The notes beneath the pieces are model-generated. The model made no database searches. It was given only the letters and a program-made list of their open reading frames with translations, and had not been told where the DNA came from. From Candidatus Bathyarchaeia archaeon (GTDB lineage Archaea; Thermoproteota; Bathyarchaeia; Bathyarchaeales; Bathycorpusculaceae): a DNA stretch of 38,298 bases. Within the stretch, counting starts at the first letter, position 1. Each line of letters begins with the position of its first letter. This document shows positions 18,392 to 26,903 of the stretch, piece by piece. The translations under genes and the position numbers were made by a program. Location of the stretch: assembly GCA_038882655.1 (NCBI GenBank), contig JAVZNT010000009.1:1-38298 (forward strand), in the 5' to 3' direction.

Positions 18392-19558
18392 TTAGTAGGA
18401 TTTTGGCAGTCCGAGCACGTGTTGCCCAATGAAGGCTAATGCCATTTGATGGGTTACTGGTGCTAATCTTATGAGGTTTATTTCCCTCCACCATCTTTCC
18501 ACGTCATATTCCACAGCATAGCCATATCCGCCAAAGGTCTGCATTGCATGGTAAACCGCCTCGGTTCCTGCTTCAACAGCTGCCACCTTAGCCATGTTGG
18601 CTTCTGCTCCACACTCTTGCCCTCGGTCATAGAGCCATGCAGCCTTATAGTTTAGGAGCTTTGCAGCCTCAATTTTTGCTTTGGCTTCTGCCAGTGGGAA
18701 CTGTATGGCTTGATGCGCCCCGATGGGGGCTTCGAAAACCCGCCTTTCCTTTGCGTATTCAACAGCTTTTTTGATGGCTAATAGTCCCAAGCCGTATGCC
18801 GCTGCCGAGAAGGACATGCGCTCTGGGTTAAGCGTGTCCAAAAGCAGGTACCAGCCTTTCTCTGGTTCGCCTAAAACATTTTCTTGCGGAACTCTTAAGT
18901 CGTTTATGTAAACTTCAAAGGTTTTTGAGTAATTTATGCCGTGCTTCTCGATTGGAATTATTTCTATTGCTGGGTTGGGCAGATCGACAAGGAACAGCGT
19001 CAAACCCAATGTTCTTTTGGGCGCTTTATCAGCGAGCGTGGTTCTGGTGACTAGAAGCATTCCCTTAGCTCTATCCGCCCCGGATATGAAAATTTTCTGA
19101 CCATTAATTGTGTATTTGTCTCCGTCCTTGACAGCCAAGGTCTTAATGTTTAGAGTGTTTGTTCCAGCATCAGGCTCTGTTAGGGCTAAGCAGAACTCTA
19201 TTCCCTTTGCAATTTTTGGCAAGTACTTTTCTTTTTGAGCCTCGTTGCCATGCTTCACTATAGATAAGCCGCCAAAAACAGCCGAAAGGCATAAGAACCA
19301 TTCTCCGGCAAGTCCGCAGCCCTCTGAAACAAGGGTTTCCATGGCGAGTAGCATTTCGAACATGCCCATTCCGCTTCCGCCGTACTTTTCTGGAACAACT
19401 ATGCCCGGGAAACCAGCATCAACAAGGCTTTTCCAAAAGTCTTCTGGAAACTCATGTTTGCGGTCTTTTTCACGCCAATATTCTGGGCCATAGTCTCTGG
19501 CAATTTCAGTGGCTGTTTCAACTATCATTTTCTGCTCGGGTGTTAATTCAAAATCCAT
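18392..19558 (-). CDS. acyl-CoA dehydrogenase
   Basis: ALTEPDAG, NGQKIFIS, ERRVF...PIG and QTFGGYGY. The C-terminal Glu position reads LAPV and a Glu occurs in LNPER. Confidence 0.94.
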   Translation of the reverse strand: MDFELTPEQKMIVETATEIARDYGPEYWREKDRKHEFPEDFWKSLVDAGFPGIVVPEKYGGSGMGMFEMLLAMETLVSEGCGLAGEWFLCLSAVFGGLSIVKHGNEAQKEKYLPKIAKGIEFCLALTEPDAGTNTLNIKTLAVKDGDKYTINGQKIFISGADRAKGMLLVTRTTLADKAPKRTLGLTLFLVDLPNPAIEIIPIEKHGINYSKTFEVYINDLRVPQENVLGEPEKGWYLLLDTLNPERMSFSAAAYGLGLLAIKKAVEYAKERRVFEAPIGAHQAIQFPLAEAKAKIEAAKLLNYKAAWLYDRGQECGAEANMAKVAAVEAGTEAVYHAMQTFGGYGYAVEYDVERWWREINLIRLAPVTHQMALAFIGQHVLGLPKSY

Positions 19559-19649
19559 GACATCACAACCAGTCTCACATTTTCCAGAAGTCGCTATAAA
19601 ATGCTTTCCTAGAGAAAATGCAAAACAAATTGAAAAAGAAGGTTGTACA

Positions 19650-20459
19650 CTATTTGCTTTGTTCTGGTCTAGGTATGTAAATGCCGTGGGGGTCTATAGC
19701 CCTTAGAATGGCTAATTCTTCGTATGTTGGCGGTTCTGTTGTTGGCACATGCTCCGGTATAATCAAGTCGAATCCGATGTTTTCCATAATCTCCTGTAAA
19801 GTCACGCCTGGATGGATTGTTGCAAGCCTAATCCGCTTTGTTTTCGGGTCAAAATCCATCTGGCAAAGGTTTGTAACAACAAGCGATGGACCGCCACCAA
19901 GTAAGCCCGCCTTTTCTCTTGCTCCCGGGCCATCCAAGTGGCCTGGACTCGTCAAATAGTCGAGTTTCTTCACCATTTTCCGCTTTTCATGAGTCATTAT
20001 TATGACTATGCGTTTCGCCGATGACACTATGTCGTTTCCTCCTCCGCTCCCAGGAAGCCGCACAGTTGGATGTTCAAAGTCGCCTATGTACGTGGTGTTT
20101 ATGTTTCCATACTCGTCTATTTGTGCAGCTCCAACAAAGCCAACGTCCACGTGGCCACCTTGAAGAAGCAACCCTAGCGTTTCAATTAAGCCTATGGCTG
20201 CTGATGCCCTATAACCGAGCCTAGAGTCGGCTATTGATAGGGCTATGTCTATGGCGTTTGAGTCTATGAAGCCAGCCTCATAAACTATTTTGGCTTTGGG
20301 CGCATGGGTTCTTTTAGCAAGCATTGCGGCAATCATTGGCAAGCCTGTTCCAACGAAAACTACTTCGCCGTTTTTTATGGCTCTAGCACCGCAAACTGCC
20401 ATAAGCTCAAGAGTCGTAAACTCGCCCGGTTTTGCATAATTCTCCTTTTCCATAGGCAT
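19650..20459 (-). CDS. family I CoA-transferase beta subunit (GctB/CatJ-like)
   Basis: VGTGLP, catalytic-Glu region IVYEAG, AQIDEYGNIN, RLPGSGGGND and DYLTSPG. Confidence 0.92.
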   Translation of the reverse strand: MPMEKENYAKPGEFTTLELMAVCGARAIKNGEVVFVGTGLPMIAAMLAKRTHAPKAKIVYEAGFIDSNAIDIALSIADSRLGYRASAAIGLIETLGLLLQGGHVDVGFVGAAQIDEYGNINTTYIGDFEHPTVRLPGSGGGNDIVSSAKRIVIIMTHEKRKMVKKLDYLTSPGHLDGPGAREKAGLLGGGPSLVVTNLCQMDFDPKTKRIRLATIHPGVTLQEIMENIGFDLIIPEHVPTTEPPTYEELAILRAIDPHGIYIPRPEQSK

Positions 20460-20468
20460 TTCACCTCT

Positions 20469-21389
20469 CTAGTATGGGAAGGGCTTTTTAGCTCTAAGCT
20501 TTAGAAGGCGTTCCATGCCAATTTTCTTGAGGAACTCCATGTGGTCCTCCACGCTTGTAACGTATTCTTCGCAGTATTTTTGCCATCCTTCCTCTGTTTT
20601 GCACTGTTGATAGTACATGCGCACGTGCTCCATGTCATAGTCGTAGTAGTTGTAAACCATCATTGGGTATGCTCCCCATGGGCATTCTACAACATAGTTT
20701 ACGTAAATGTTGGGAATCGCCGTCTGATCCGGTTGTGAACGTATAAATTCCGTATCCACTATTTCTTCGGCTAAGACGATTACTTTTTTGCCAGCTCTTG
20801 CGCCTTCCACATCCTCGCCTTTTATGCCGTCTATTTGGGCGTTGCCTTCCCTATCTACTCGGGAGACATGCACTATGCTGAAGTCTGGACGCACAGACGG
20901 CACAAGTACAACTTTCTCGCCAGTGAAGGGGCAAGTTATAACCTCAGCCTTTTTGGGTCTGAACCTCGTCTTTGCGACGAGATCTGTTCCAAGCATGCTT
21001 TTCAAAGGCATAAATGGAACGCCAAGCGCTCCACCAAGGAAACGCAGAGCCATAGCCAAATTCGTATAATCCTCGATTTGAATAGTGCCTTCTCGGATCC
21101 TCCGCTGAATGTTTGGAGCCAGACCAATTCCTTCTATTGCGAAGAAAGCCAGCTCAAAACGTGAAACAACATATGCACCGCACAAAATGTCTATGTCCAT
21201 CTCAGAACCACATGTGTAAATTGTTAGGTTTCGCTTTTTCTGCCTCACCAGTTCGTGAGCGAAAGCCATTGGTGGTCTTTGGAAGCCGAAACCTCCCCAG
21301 AAAAGATGCGCCCCGTCTGGAATAAGTTTCGCTGCCTCTTTGAGGGTTATCCGTTTATCCTCTACTGGCGCCTCCACCAACAAAGACAC
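20469..21389 (-). CDS. family I CoA-transferase alpha subunit (GctA/CatI-like)
   Basis: GGFGFQRPP, GVPFMP, LGTD, CPFTGE, DREGN and PWGAYP; upstream of the beta subunit. Confidence 0.92.
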   Translation of the reverse strand: MSLLVEAPVEDKRITLKEAAKLIPDGAHLFWGGFGFQRPPMAFAHELVRQKKRNLTIYTCGSEMDIDILCGAYVVSRFELAFFAIEGIGLAPNIQRRIREGTIQIEDYTNLAMALRFLGGALGVPFMPLKSMLGTDLVAKTRFRPKKAEVITCPFTGEKVVLVPSVRPDFSIVHVSRVDREGNAQIDGIKGEDVEGARAGKKVIVLAEEIVDTEFIRSQPDQTAIPNIYVNYVVECPWGAYPMMVYNYYDYDMEHVRMYYQQCKTEEGWQKYCEEYVTSVEDHMEFLKKIGMERLLKLRAKKPFPY

Positions 21390-21523
21390 CTCGAAATACT
21401 ATTGCTGAAGTTTTCAATTTAAACTTTCAAACTTGGCTGCGTGAAGCTGCTTAACTGCTGAATTCTTATATAAGTGCTTGCGGAATATCAAGATGCGTTT
21501 GCGGTTCGTTTACTTGTTGGAAT

Positions 21524-22864
21524 GTGGTGCTCATGCGGAAAACAATCTTTAAGAAGCTTGAGGCTCAAGGATTAATAGCGAACTATAACCGTTTGAGGAA
21601 GAACCTCCCTCCAAGGCTTCCTGACAGAGTTTTTATCTGGGATGAAACCTTACGGGAAGGCGTTGAAACTCCAGCGGTTTTCTTAACCTATGTGGAGAAG
21701 GTTAAATTGGCTAAGCTTTTAGACGAGGCTGGTGTTTCCATCATAACTGTTGGTTTTCCAGCACTTTCAGAGGAGGAAAAGAACACAGTTAAGAGAATAG
21801 CCAACGAGGGCTTTCAGCAAGCCAGCATAGCCGCTTCTGCACGAGCAACTAGGAGCGATGTAGACGCGTGTCTGGACTGCGGCGTTAAGGAAGTTATCAT
21901 TTTCACACCTTTTAATGGGCTTAACCTCCAGTATAGGCTTAAAACGTCAAAGGAGCAAGCTCTGAAAAATACTGTGGAATGCATAGAATACGCCAAAAGG
22001 CACGACGTAACAGTCGACTTTGTCTTGGAAGATGCTTCAAGAACCTCTTTGCCTGACATTCTACAAATTTTTGAGACTGCCAGGAAGGCTGGTGCTGACA
22101 GACTTGTGATAGCTGATACTGTTGGCTTCTTAAGACCTTTATCGGTGCGCTATCTTATTTCCCATGTTAGGGATGGACTTCAACAAGTTCTTGGAAAAGA
22201 TGTTACGCTTTCTATTCATTGCCATAATGATTTCGGCTTAGCTACGGCAAACACTTTGGCAGCTGTAGAAGAAGGCGCAGCCTACGTGCACACATGCCTT
22301 GTAGGTTTCGGTGAGAGGGCTGGCGTAGCCCCTCTAGAAGAGGTCGTCGCCGCCCTAGAACTTCTATATGACATAGACACGGGCGTCGATATGAAGAAGC
22401 TTTATAGGCTTGCCCAACAAGCGGAGAAAAGCTTCGCCCTGCCAATCCAGTTTCACAAACCAATTGTTGGCGAAAATGCCTTCTCCTACGAGGTTGACGA
22501 GCACGTTGAGGGGATGCTTGCTCACCCATTGCTTTTTGAGCCGTTTCCGCCTGAAATGATAGAGAGGGAAACACAGTTCTACATTGGCAGGAGCGGTGGA
22601 AGGCGCCTCGTTGAAAAGCGGTTAGAGATGGCTGGTATAAAGGCTGCACCATGGCAAATTGACGAAATAGTTAGGAGGATAAGGGGCTTACAGGAGAGCC
22701 TAGACAAGGGCGGAACCCAAATGACCTTCTACCAAATTAAGAAGCTTATGAAAGAACTCCGGAGGGGCTTAACTGAAGAGGATTTCTGGCGCATAGTTGA
22801 GCAGGTTACGAAGCAGAAGCCAAAAATTTCACAGCAGCCCCTGTTAGAGGCAAAAGAACCCTAG
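21524..22864 (+). CDS. AksA/homocitrate-synthase-like DRE-TIM metallolyase family protein with divergent motifs
   Basis: DETLREG, GFP, EDASRT, IADTVG, HCHNDFG, GERAG and KPIVGEN; no LeuA regulatory domain. The start may be ATG 21533. Confidence 0.85.
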   Translation: MVLMRKTIFKKLEAQGLIANYNRLRKNLPPRLPDRVFIWDETLREGVETPAVFLTYVEKVKLAKLLDEAGVSIITVGFPALSEEEKNTVKRIANEGFQQASIAASARATRSDVDACLDCGVKEVIIFTPFNGLNLQYRLKTSKEQALKNTVECIEYAKRHDVTVDFVLEDASRTSLPDILQIFETARKAGADRLVIADTVGFLRPLSVRYLISHVRDGLQQVLGKDVTLSIHCHNDFGLATANTLAAVEEGAAYVHTCLVGFGERAGVAPLEEVVAALELLYDIDTGVDMKKLYRLAQQAEKSFALPIQFHKPIVGENAFSYEVDEHVEGMLAHPLLFEPFPPEMIERETQFYIGRSGGRRLVEKRLEMAGIKAAPWQIDEIVRRIRGLQESLDKGGTQMTFYQIKKLMKELRRGLTEEDFWRIVEQVTKQKPKISQQPLLEAKEP

Positions 22865-23865
22865 GTTAGGGCTAGCTCTTCAAAGGCCTTTGCAATTTCC
22901 TCCTCGCTTAGGGGTCTTGGATAATTGTATATTGGGCCGCTTGGCTTTTCGTTGTAGTACGGACGGTTGCAGTTTGGGCACCCAGAAGTTCTAAAAGGTT
23001 CGCCAGAGCCAACTATTTGCCTTAATGCTTGTTTATCCACACCAAAGCTTGTTATGCGACCTTTTTCATCAAAGGTCATAGCTTCAACTCTTGAAATTTT
23101 GTGGACGATTAAGTATCTGGCTAGTTGTACATGCCGATACTGTTGTATTGGCGGCTGCCCCAAATTTTCTAGGGCTGTTCCGGCGACTGGTGTGAAAGCG
23201 AAGAGTGCTGGCAGCACACCCATCTCAAAGCATTTTTGAATCATTTCCACCGTTTCTTTTTCAGACTCGCCTAAACCAACAATTAGATGGGTGCTGACTT
23301 TTCTCTCTCCAAATATTTTAACAGCTTCTTTGAGTAGTGTTAGCTGTCTTTCCATGTTGTACGGTCCGCCGGCGGAAGCCCCTTTTACCTTGTCGAAAAT
23401 TTCCGGAGTTGCAGCGTCCAAAGGTATGCCTATCCTTTCAACACCAGCCTCTGCTAAACGCCTTATGTTTTCTGGGTTTATGGGCTGACATGAAACTGAT
23501 GTCGGAACGTCTGCACGTTTGGAAATTTTCCTTGAAAGCGCTTGGATATGCGTGTGCACGTCTGGATAATTTAGGGCTTGTATACAGACACGCCTAATCA
23601 CGCCACTTTTTACGGTTGCCCCTATCCTATTAAGAACTTGCTCTGTGTTGAAGGCTGGCCATGAAACTCTTGAAAGCATGTCGGCTCTACCGTGGCTTTT
23701 CCTTGCTTGCGGACAAAATCCGCAGTTTGCGAGGCACTTTCCCCGCCTGTATGTCATTAGGTAGGCTGTTGTTGGTTTGGCGTCAAGTCTGCAATTAATC
23801 AGTCCCAAAACTATGGCTGAGCCTAGCGAGACACGAACCTTGCCTGGAATTTTCGGGTCTGTCAA
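22861..23865 (-). CDS. lipS2: radical SAM lipoyl synthase subunit LipS2-like
   Basis: CLANCGFC radical SAM motif plus C-terminal TSGCPNCNRP, matching the TxGCPxC(N/D)RP signature of Thermococcus LipS2. Confidence 0.82.
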   Translation of the reverse strand: MTDPKIPGKVRVSLGSAIVLGLINCRLDAKPTTAYLMTYRRGKCLANCGFCPQARKSHGRADMLSRVSWPAFNTEQVLNRIGATVKSGVIRRVCIQALNYPDVHTHIQALSRKISKRADVPTSVSCQPINPENIRRLAEAGVERIGIPLDAATPEIFDKVKGASAGGPYNMERQLTLLKEAVKIFGERKVSTHLIVGLGESEKETVEMIQKCFEMGVLPALFAFTPVAGTALENLGQPPIQQYRHVQLARYLIVHKISRVEAMTFDEKGRITSFGVDKQALRQIVGSGEPFRTSGCPNCNRPYYNEKPSGPIYNYPRPLSEEEIAKAFEELALT

Positions 23866-23954
23866 AGGCTTTTCACATTCGCTGCTGCTTTTTAGTGTCT
23901 TTCTGCTATTGATTCTGAATTCATAAGTGTTATTATCATTATCGTTGTCAAAAC

Positions 23955-24308
23955 ATGATTTTGAGTGTGAAGGATTTGCGAAGGTCTAAGCTTGAAAACT
24001 ATGAGACCATATTGGCAGCCTTAGCCAAAAGACCGTTGACGGTGGATAGCATAGCCTACAAAACCAACATGGATTGCACTGTTCTTGGGCAATACTTGGA
24101 ATCCTTGATGAGAAACGGGCTCGTCGTGGAGAAATTCACTAGCAAAAAGAAGCTTTACGCCATAACCGAAAGGGGCTTATCCGTTTTCAGAACCCTAAGC
24201 TTCCAGAGGTATTTGGAAAAAATTGCAAAAACAATTAAGACTGTTAATACATTAGAAATAGTGCCGACGCCGACCATCTCAAGCAGTGAAGAAGAAACTA
24301 AAAGTTAA
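23955..24308 (+). CDS. winged-helix transcriptional regulator
   Basis: RRSKLE..IL, IAYKTNM, YLESL...GLV and YAITERG: an archaeal wHTH (HTH_45/ArnR1-like) pattern. Confidence 0.82.
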   Translation: MILSVKDLRRSKLENYETILAALAKRPLTVDSIAYKTNMDCTVLGQYLESLMRNGLVVEKFTSKKKLYAITERGLSVFRTLSFQRYLEKIAKTIKTVNTLEIVPTPTISSSEEETKS

Positions 24309-24362
24309 GGCGAAACCAGCGAAAGTTATTAAACACTCCGTTAGGCTTTAGTAGAGAGGAAG

Positions 24363-25361
24363 ATGCCACAGTTCACTCCAAAGACCATTTGGCGAATGAG
24401 CAACGAAGAGTTCTCAAAACTTTTACGAAGCAACGCTTTTCATCCAGTTTCAGAAAGGAGAAGCATTCGCTTTTACGCTCCAAGCTTCACATATTATAAA
24501 ACGGATTATTTCTGCTCCTCAGCCAAGGATTTTCCAACAATCTCTGTAACAGGGAAAGGTTGCGCATTAAATTGTAAGCACTGCGGCGGTAAAGTTCTTG
24601 AGACCATGCGCCCGGCTAGAACGCCTGAAGAGCTTTACAATTTGTGTGCAAAGCTTAAAAAAGAAGGAGCTGTCGGCTGCCTAATCAGTGGCGGCTGCCT
24701 CCTAGACGGTTCTGTTCCGCTGGAAAAGTTTGCAGAAGCCATTCAGCGGGTTAAGGCGGACTTTAGCTTGACCATTTTTGCGCATGTTGGAATTGTGAAC
24801 TTTGATAATGCTTTAAAGCTCAAGGAAGCTGGCGTCGATGCTGCCCTAATCGACATCATTGGAGATGATGAAACAATTAGGGAGATTTACAACTTGAGCG
24901 TGACAGTTAAGGATTATGAAAATGCGTTGAAGGCGTTAAGTCGATCTGGCTTGTGTTTTGTTCCCCATGTTATTGTTGGGCTTTATTATGGGCTGTTAAA
25001 GGGCGAGTTACAAGCTCTGCGAATGATTTCAAGGCATAAGCCTTCAGCCATTGTCATAATTGCTTTTATGCCCATACGAGGCACAATGATGGAGAATGTG
25101 AAACCACCAGAGCCCTTAGAAATAGCCAAGGTTTTAGCTATTGCAAGGATTATGTTCCCAAAAACTCCAATAGCTTTGGGTTGTATGCGACCAAAGGGCA
25201 AGCATAGAGCGGAAACAGACATCTTAGCCATAAAAGCTGGCATTGACGCTATAGCTTTTCCCTCTGAAGAAGCCATAAAATATGCTGTGGCGCAAGGTTA
25301 TGGAGTAAGTTTTTCATCCCATTGTTGCGCGCAGATTTATGCTGAGATTTTAAAGGTTTAA
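24363..25361 (+). CDS. lipS1: radical SAM lipoyl synthase subunit LipS1-like
   Basis: CALNCKHC, LISGG, LGCMRP and a terminal HCC, matching the GC(M/A)R and CC signature of LipS1. Confidence 0.82.
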   Translation: MPQFTPKTIWRMSNEEFSKLLRSNAFHPVSERRSIRFYAPSFTYYKTDYFCSSAKDFPTISVTGKGCALNCKHCGGKVLETMRPARTPEELYNLCAKLKKEGAVGCLISGGCLLDGSVPLEKFAEAIQRVKADFSLTIFAHVGIVNFDNALKLKEAGVDAALIDIIGDDETIREIYNLSVTVKDYENALKALSRSGLCFVPHVIVGLYYGLLKGELQALRMISRHKPSAIVIIAFMPIRGTMMENVKPPEPLEIAKVLAIARIMFPKTPIALGCMRPKGKHRAETDILAIKAGIDAIAFPSEEAIKYAVAQGYGVSFSSHCCAQIYAEILKV

Positions 25362-25594
25362 CGCCATGTAAAAGCTGAAGACTTAAAGGCTCGGGTAATG
25401 TCGTCTTTAAGTTTTGAGTACCATGCGCTAAGCCTTTTCGCGTCCTTTTTCGCCATCCCAGCCTTAACAAGTTCCTTTTCAAAGGCTTTTCTGGCTTTTC
25501 GCACCTTCCAACCGAAACTTAGCCAGATGGCGAAAAGGCTTAGGAGAAGGCGGATTGTGTGAAACGCTGCGCTGATTATGCTAGTTAGCTTCAT
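25358..25594 (-). CDS. small protein with N-terminal hydrophobic helix and FEKELVKAGM motif
   Basis: 78 aa; co-directional with and 27 nt downstream of the 135-aa gene. Confidence 0.72.
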   Translation of the reverse strand: MKLTSIISAAFHTIRLLLSLFAIWLSFGWKVRKARKAFEKELVKAGMAKKDAKRLSAWYSKLKDDITRAFKSSAFTWR

Positions 25595-25621
25595 CGCGAT
25601 TTCCTTAAAGCGGTTTTCAGC

Positions 25622-26029
25622 CTAGTCCTCATCTTCTTCCTCTTCTTCGCTTTCTTCTTTTTCCGCTAAGCCCTTCTCAGCCAGCCTCTCCTTGACTTTC
25701 CTTGAAATCTCCTTCTCCAGTTTCTTGCTGTCTATGCCCTTTTCCCCGCCCACAGCTCTTTTCATGATTTCGCCGAGGCTTGTGAATGTGGAGATATAGC
25801 CCTCAGTCATTTTGACGGCTACATCTTCTGGCATGCCTGCCTCTTTAAGCTCTTTGTAGAAGGCGGCGGCTGCCCTTCCCATGTCTCTTCCCGCTTCTTC
25901 TGAGAATACGCTGGCGATTATCCCCTTTATTAGGGCTGGCACTTCCTTTGAGACTACGCTTAGAACTTCCCTTAGTTCCTCAACATCCTCTTTCTCTTCT
26001 TTCTTCTTCCCTTCTTTTTCCTCAGCCAT
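25622..26029 (-). CDS. helical hypothetical protein with FYKELKEAGM motif and acidic tail
   Basis: 135 aa; strong SD GGAGGTGG upstream. Confidence 0.82.
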   Translation of the reverse strand: MAEEKEGKKKEEKEDVEELREVLSVVSKEVPALIKGIIASVFSEEAGRDMGRAAAAFYKELKEAGMPEDVAVKMTEGYISTFTSLGEIMKRAVGGEKGIDSKKLEKEISRKVKERLAEKGLAEKEESEEEEEDED

Positions 26030-26130
26030 TCTACTTCCACCTCCTTTGCATGTTTCAGTTCATTTTTCAACTTTATATTAGGTTGGCTAGCACAGTTAAT
26101 TATTCTGGAAAGAAGTGGTCAGCTGGGCGA

Positions 26131-26580
26131 TCACTCTGCAAGCCTGTAAACGTTGCCGTAGCCCTCTGCCTTTTGGACGACGCCTTCCTTTTCTAGGCGT
26201 TTCAGTCTCTCTCGCACTATTCTTCTTGAGGCTTTTCCCCGCATTCGGCGCACCAGCCTCGTTATTGCTGAAACGTTTAGTTTTTCGCTTACGGCTAGGG
26301 CTTGGATTATGCATCTTGAAATTTCGTCTTTGGCTATCCACTCCTTCCTCAAGTGTTTTTCAGCTGTTTTCAGCCTAGCCGCCAGCTTTAATGGTTCTCC
26401 GTATAAGCCAACTCCAAAGCGACTTAACCGCAAGTAAGGTGCCAACTCAGCGTATTTCGGATTGCTCAGCAATAGCGCTTCTAAGGCTTCAAGTCTTTTA
26501 ATTATCATGTCGAGCTTTTTGCCTAGTTCCTCTATGCTTGTGCCTGCCGCTGAGCCTTTATCTTCGTTTTTGTTGGGCAT
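26131..26580 (-). CDS. winged-helix DNA-binding protein with N-terminal coiled coil
   Basis: [19 protein letters not shown]...[19 protein letters not shown]...VYRL. Confidence 0.78.
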   Translation of the reverse strand: MPNKNEDKGSAAGTSIEELGKKLDMIIKRLEALEALLLSNPKYAELAPYLRLSRFGVGLYGEPLKLAARLKTAEKHLRKEWIAKDEISRCIIQALAVSEKLNVSAITRLVRRMRGKASRRIVRERLKRLEKEGVVQKAEGYGNVYRLAE

Positions 26581-26693
26581 CCCTTTTCAAGCCTTTTATT
26601 TCGGCAATGTTTGATAAAGCATTTGTTATCCGCAATTTTGTGGAAAGTATTAAATGTGGAAGGCTTCAGAATTTATGGTTAAGGTTGGTGTGT

Positions 26694-26897
26694 ATGCCAA
26701 AAGTTAAGGTTGACTGGAGTAAATGTAATGGTGACGGCGTATGTGTTGAAATTTGCCCAGTAAATGTCTTTGAACTCAAAAAGTTGCCAGAATACCCTGA
26801 TACGCAGAAGTCTGTTCCTGTTAGGGAGGGCGACTGCATAGCGTGCATGGCTTGTGTAACATCATGCCCAACACAGGCAATAACTGTTGAAGAGTGA
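26694..26897 (+). CDS. dicluster ferredoxin
   Basis: CNGDGVCVEICP and CIACMACVTSCP. The real start is probably ATG 26694 after GGTTGGTG; the track's extension to 26538 looks spurious. Confidence 0.93.
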   Translation: MPKVKVDWSKCNGDGVCVEICPVNVFELKKLPEYPDTQKSVPVREGDCIACMACVTSCPTQAITVEE

Positions 26898-26903
26898 AGC
26901 CCG

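Noticed and set aside
18349-23930. Recurrent CTGAATT upstream of the protease, AksA-like and wHTH genes as a shared regulon motif
   Set aside because: A short AT-rich 7-mer that also occurs at unrelated positions (e.g. near 636 and 12266); not distinguishable from chance.
22861-25361. Calling the two radical SAM genes biotin synthase (bioB)
   Set aside because: The C-terminal TxGCPxCNRP, GCMR and CC signatures and the paired arrangement fit LipS2/LipS1 better.
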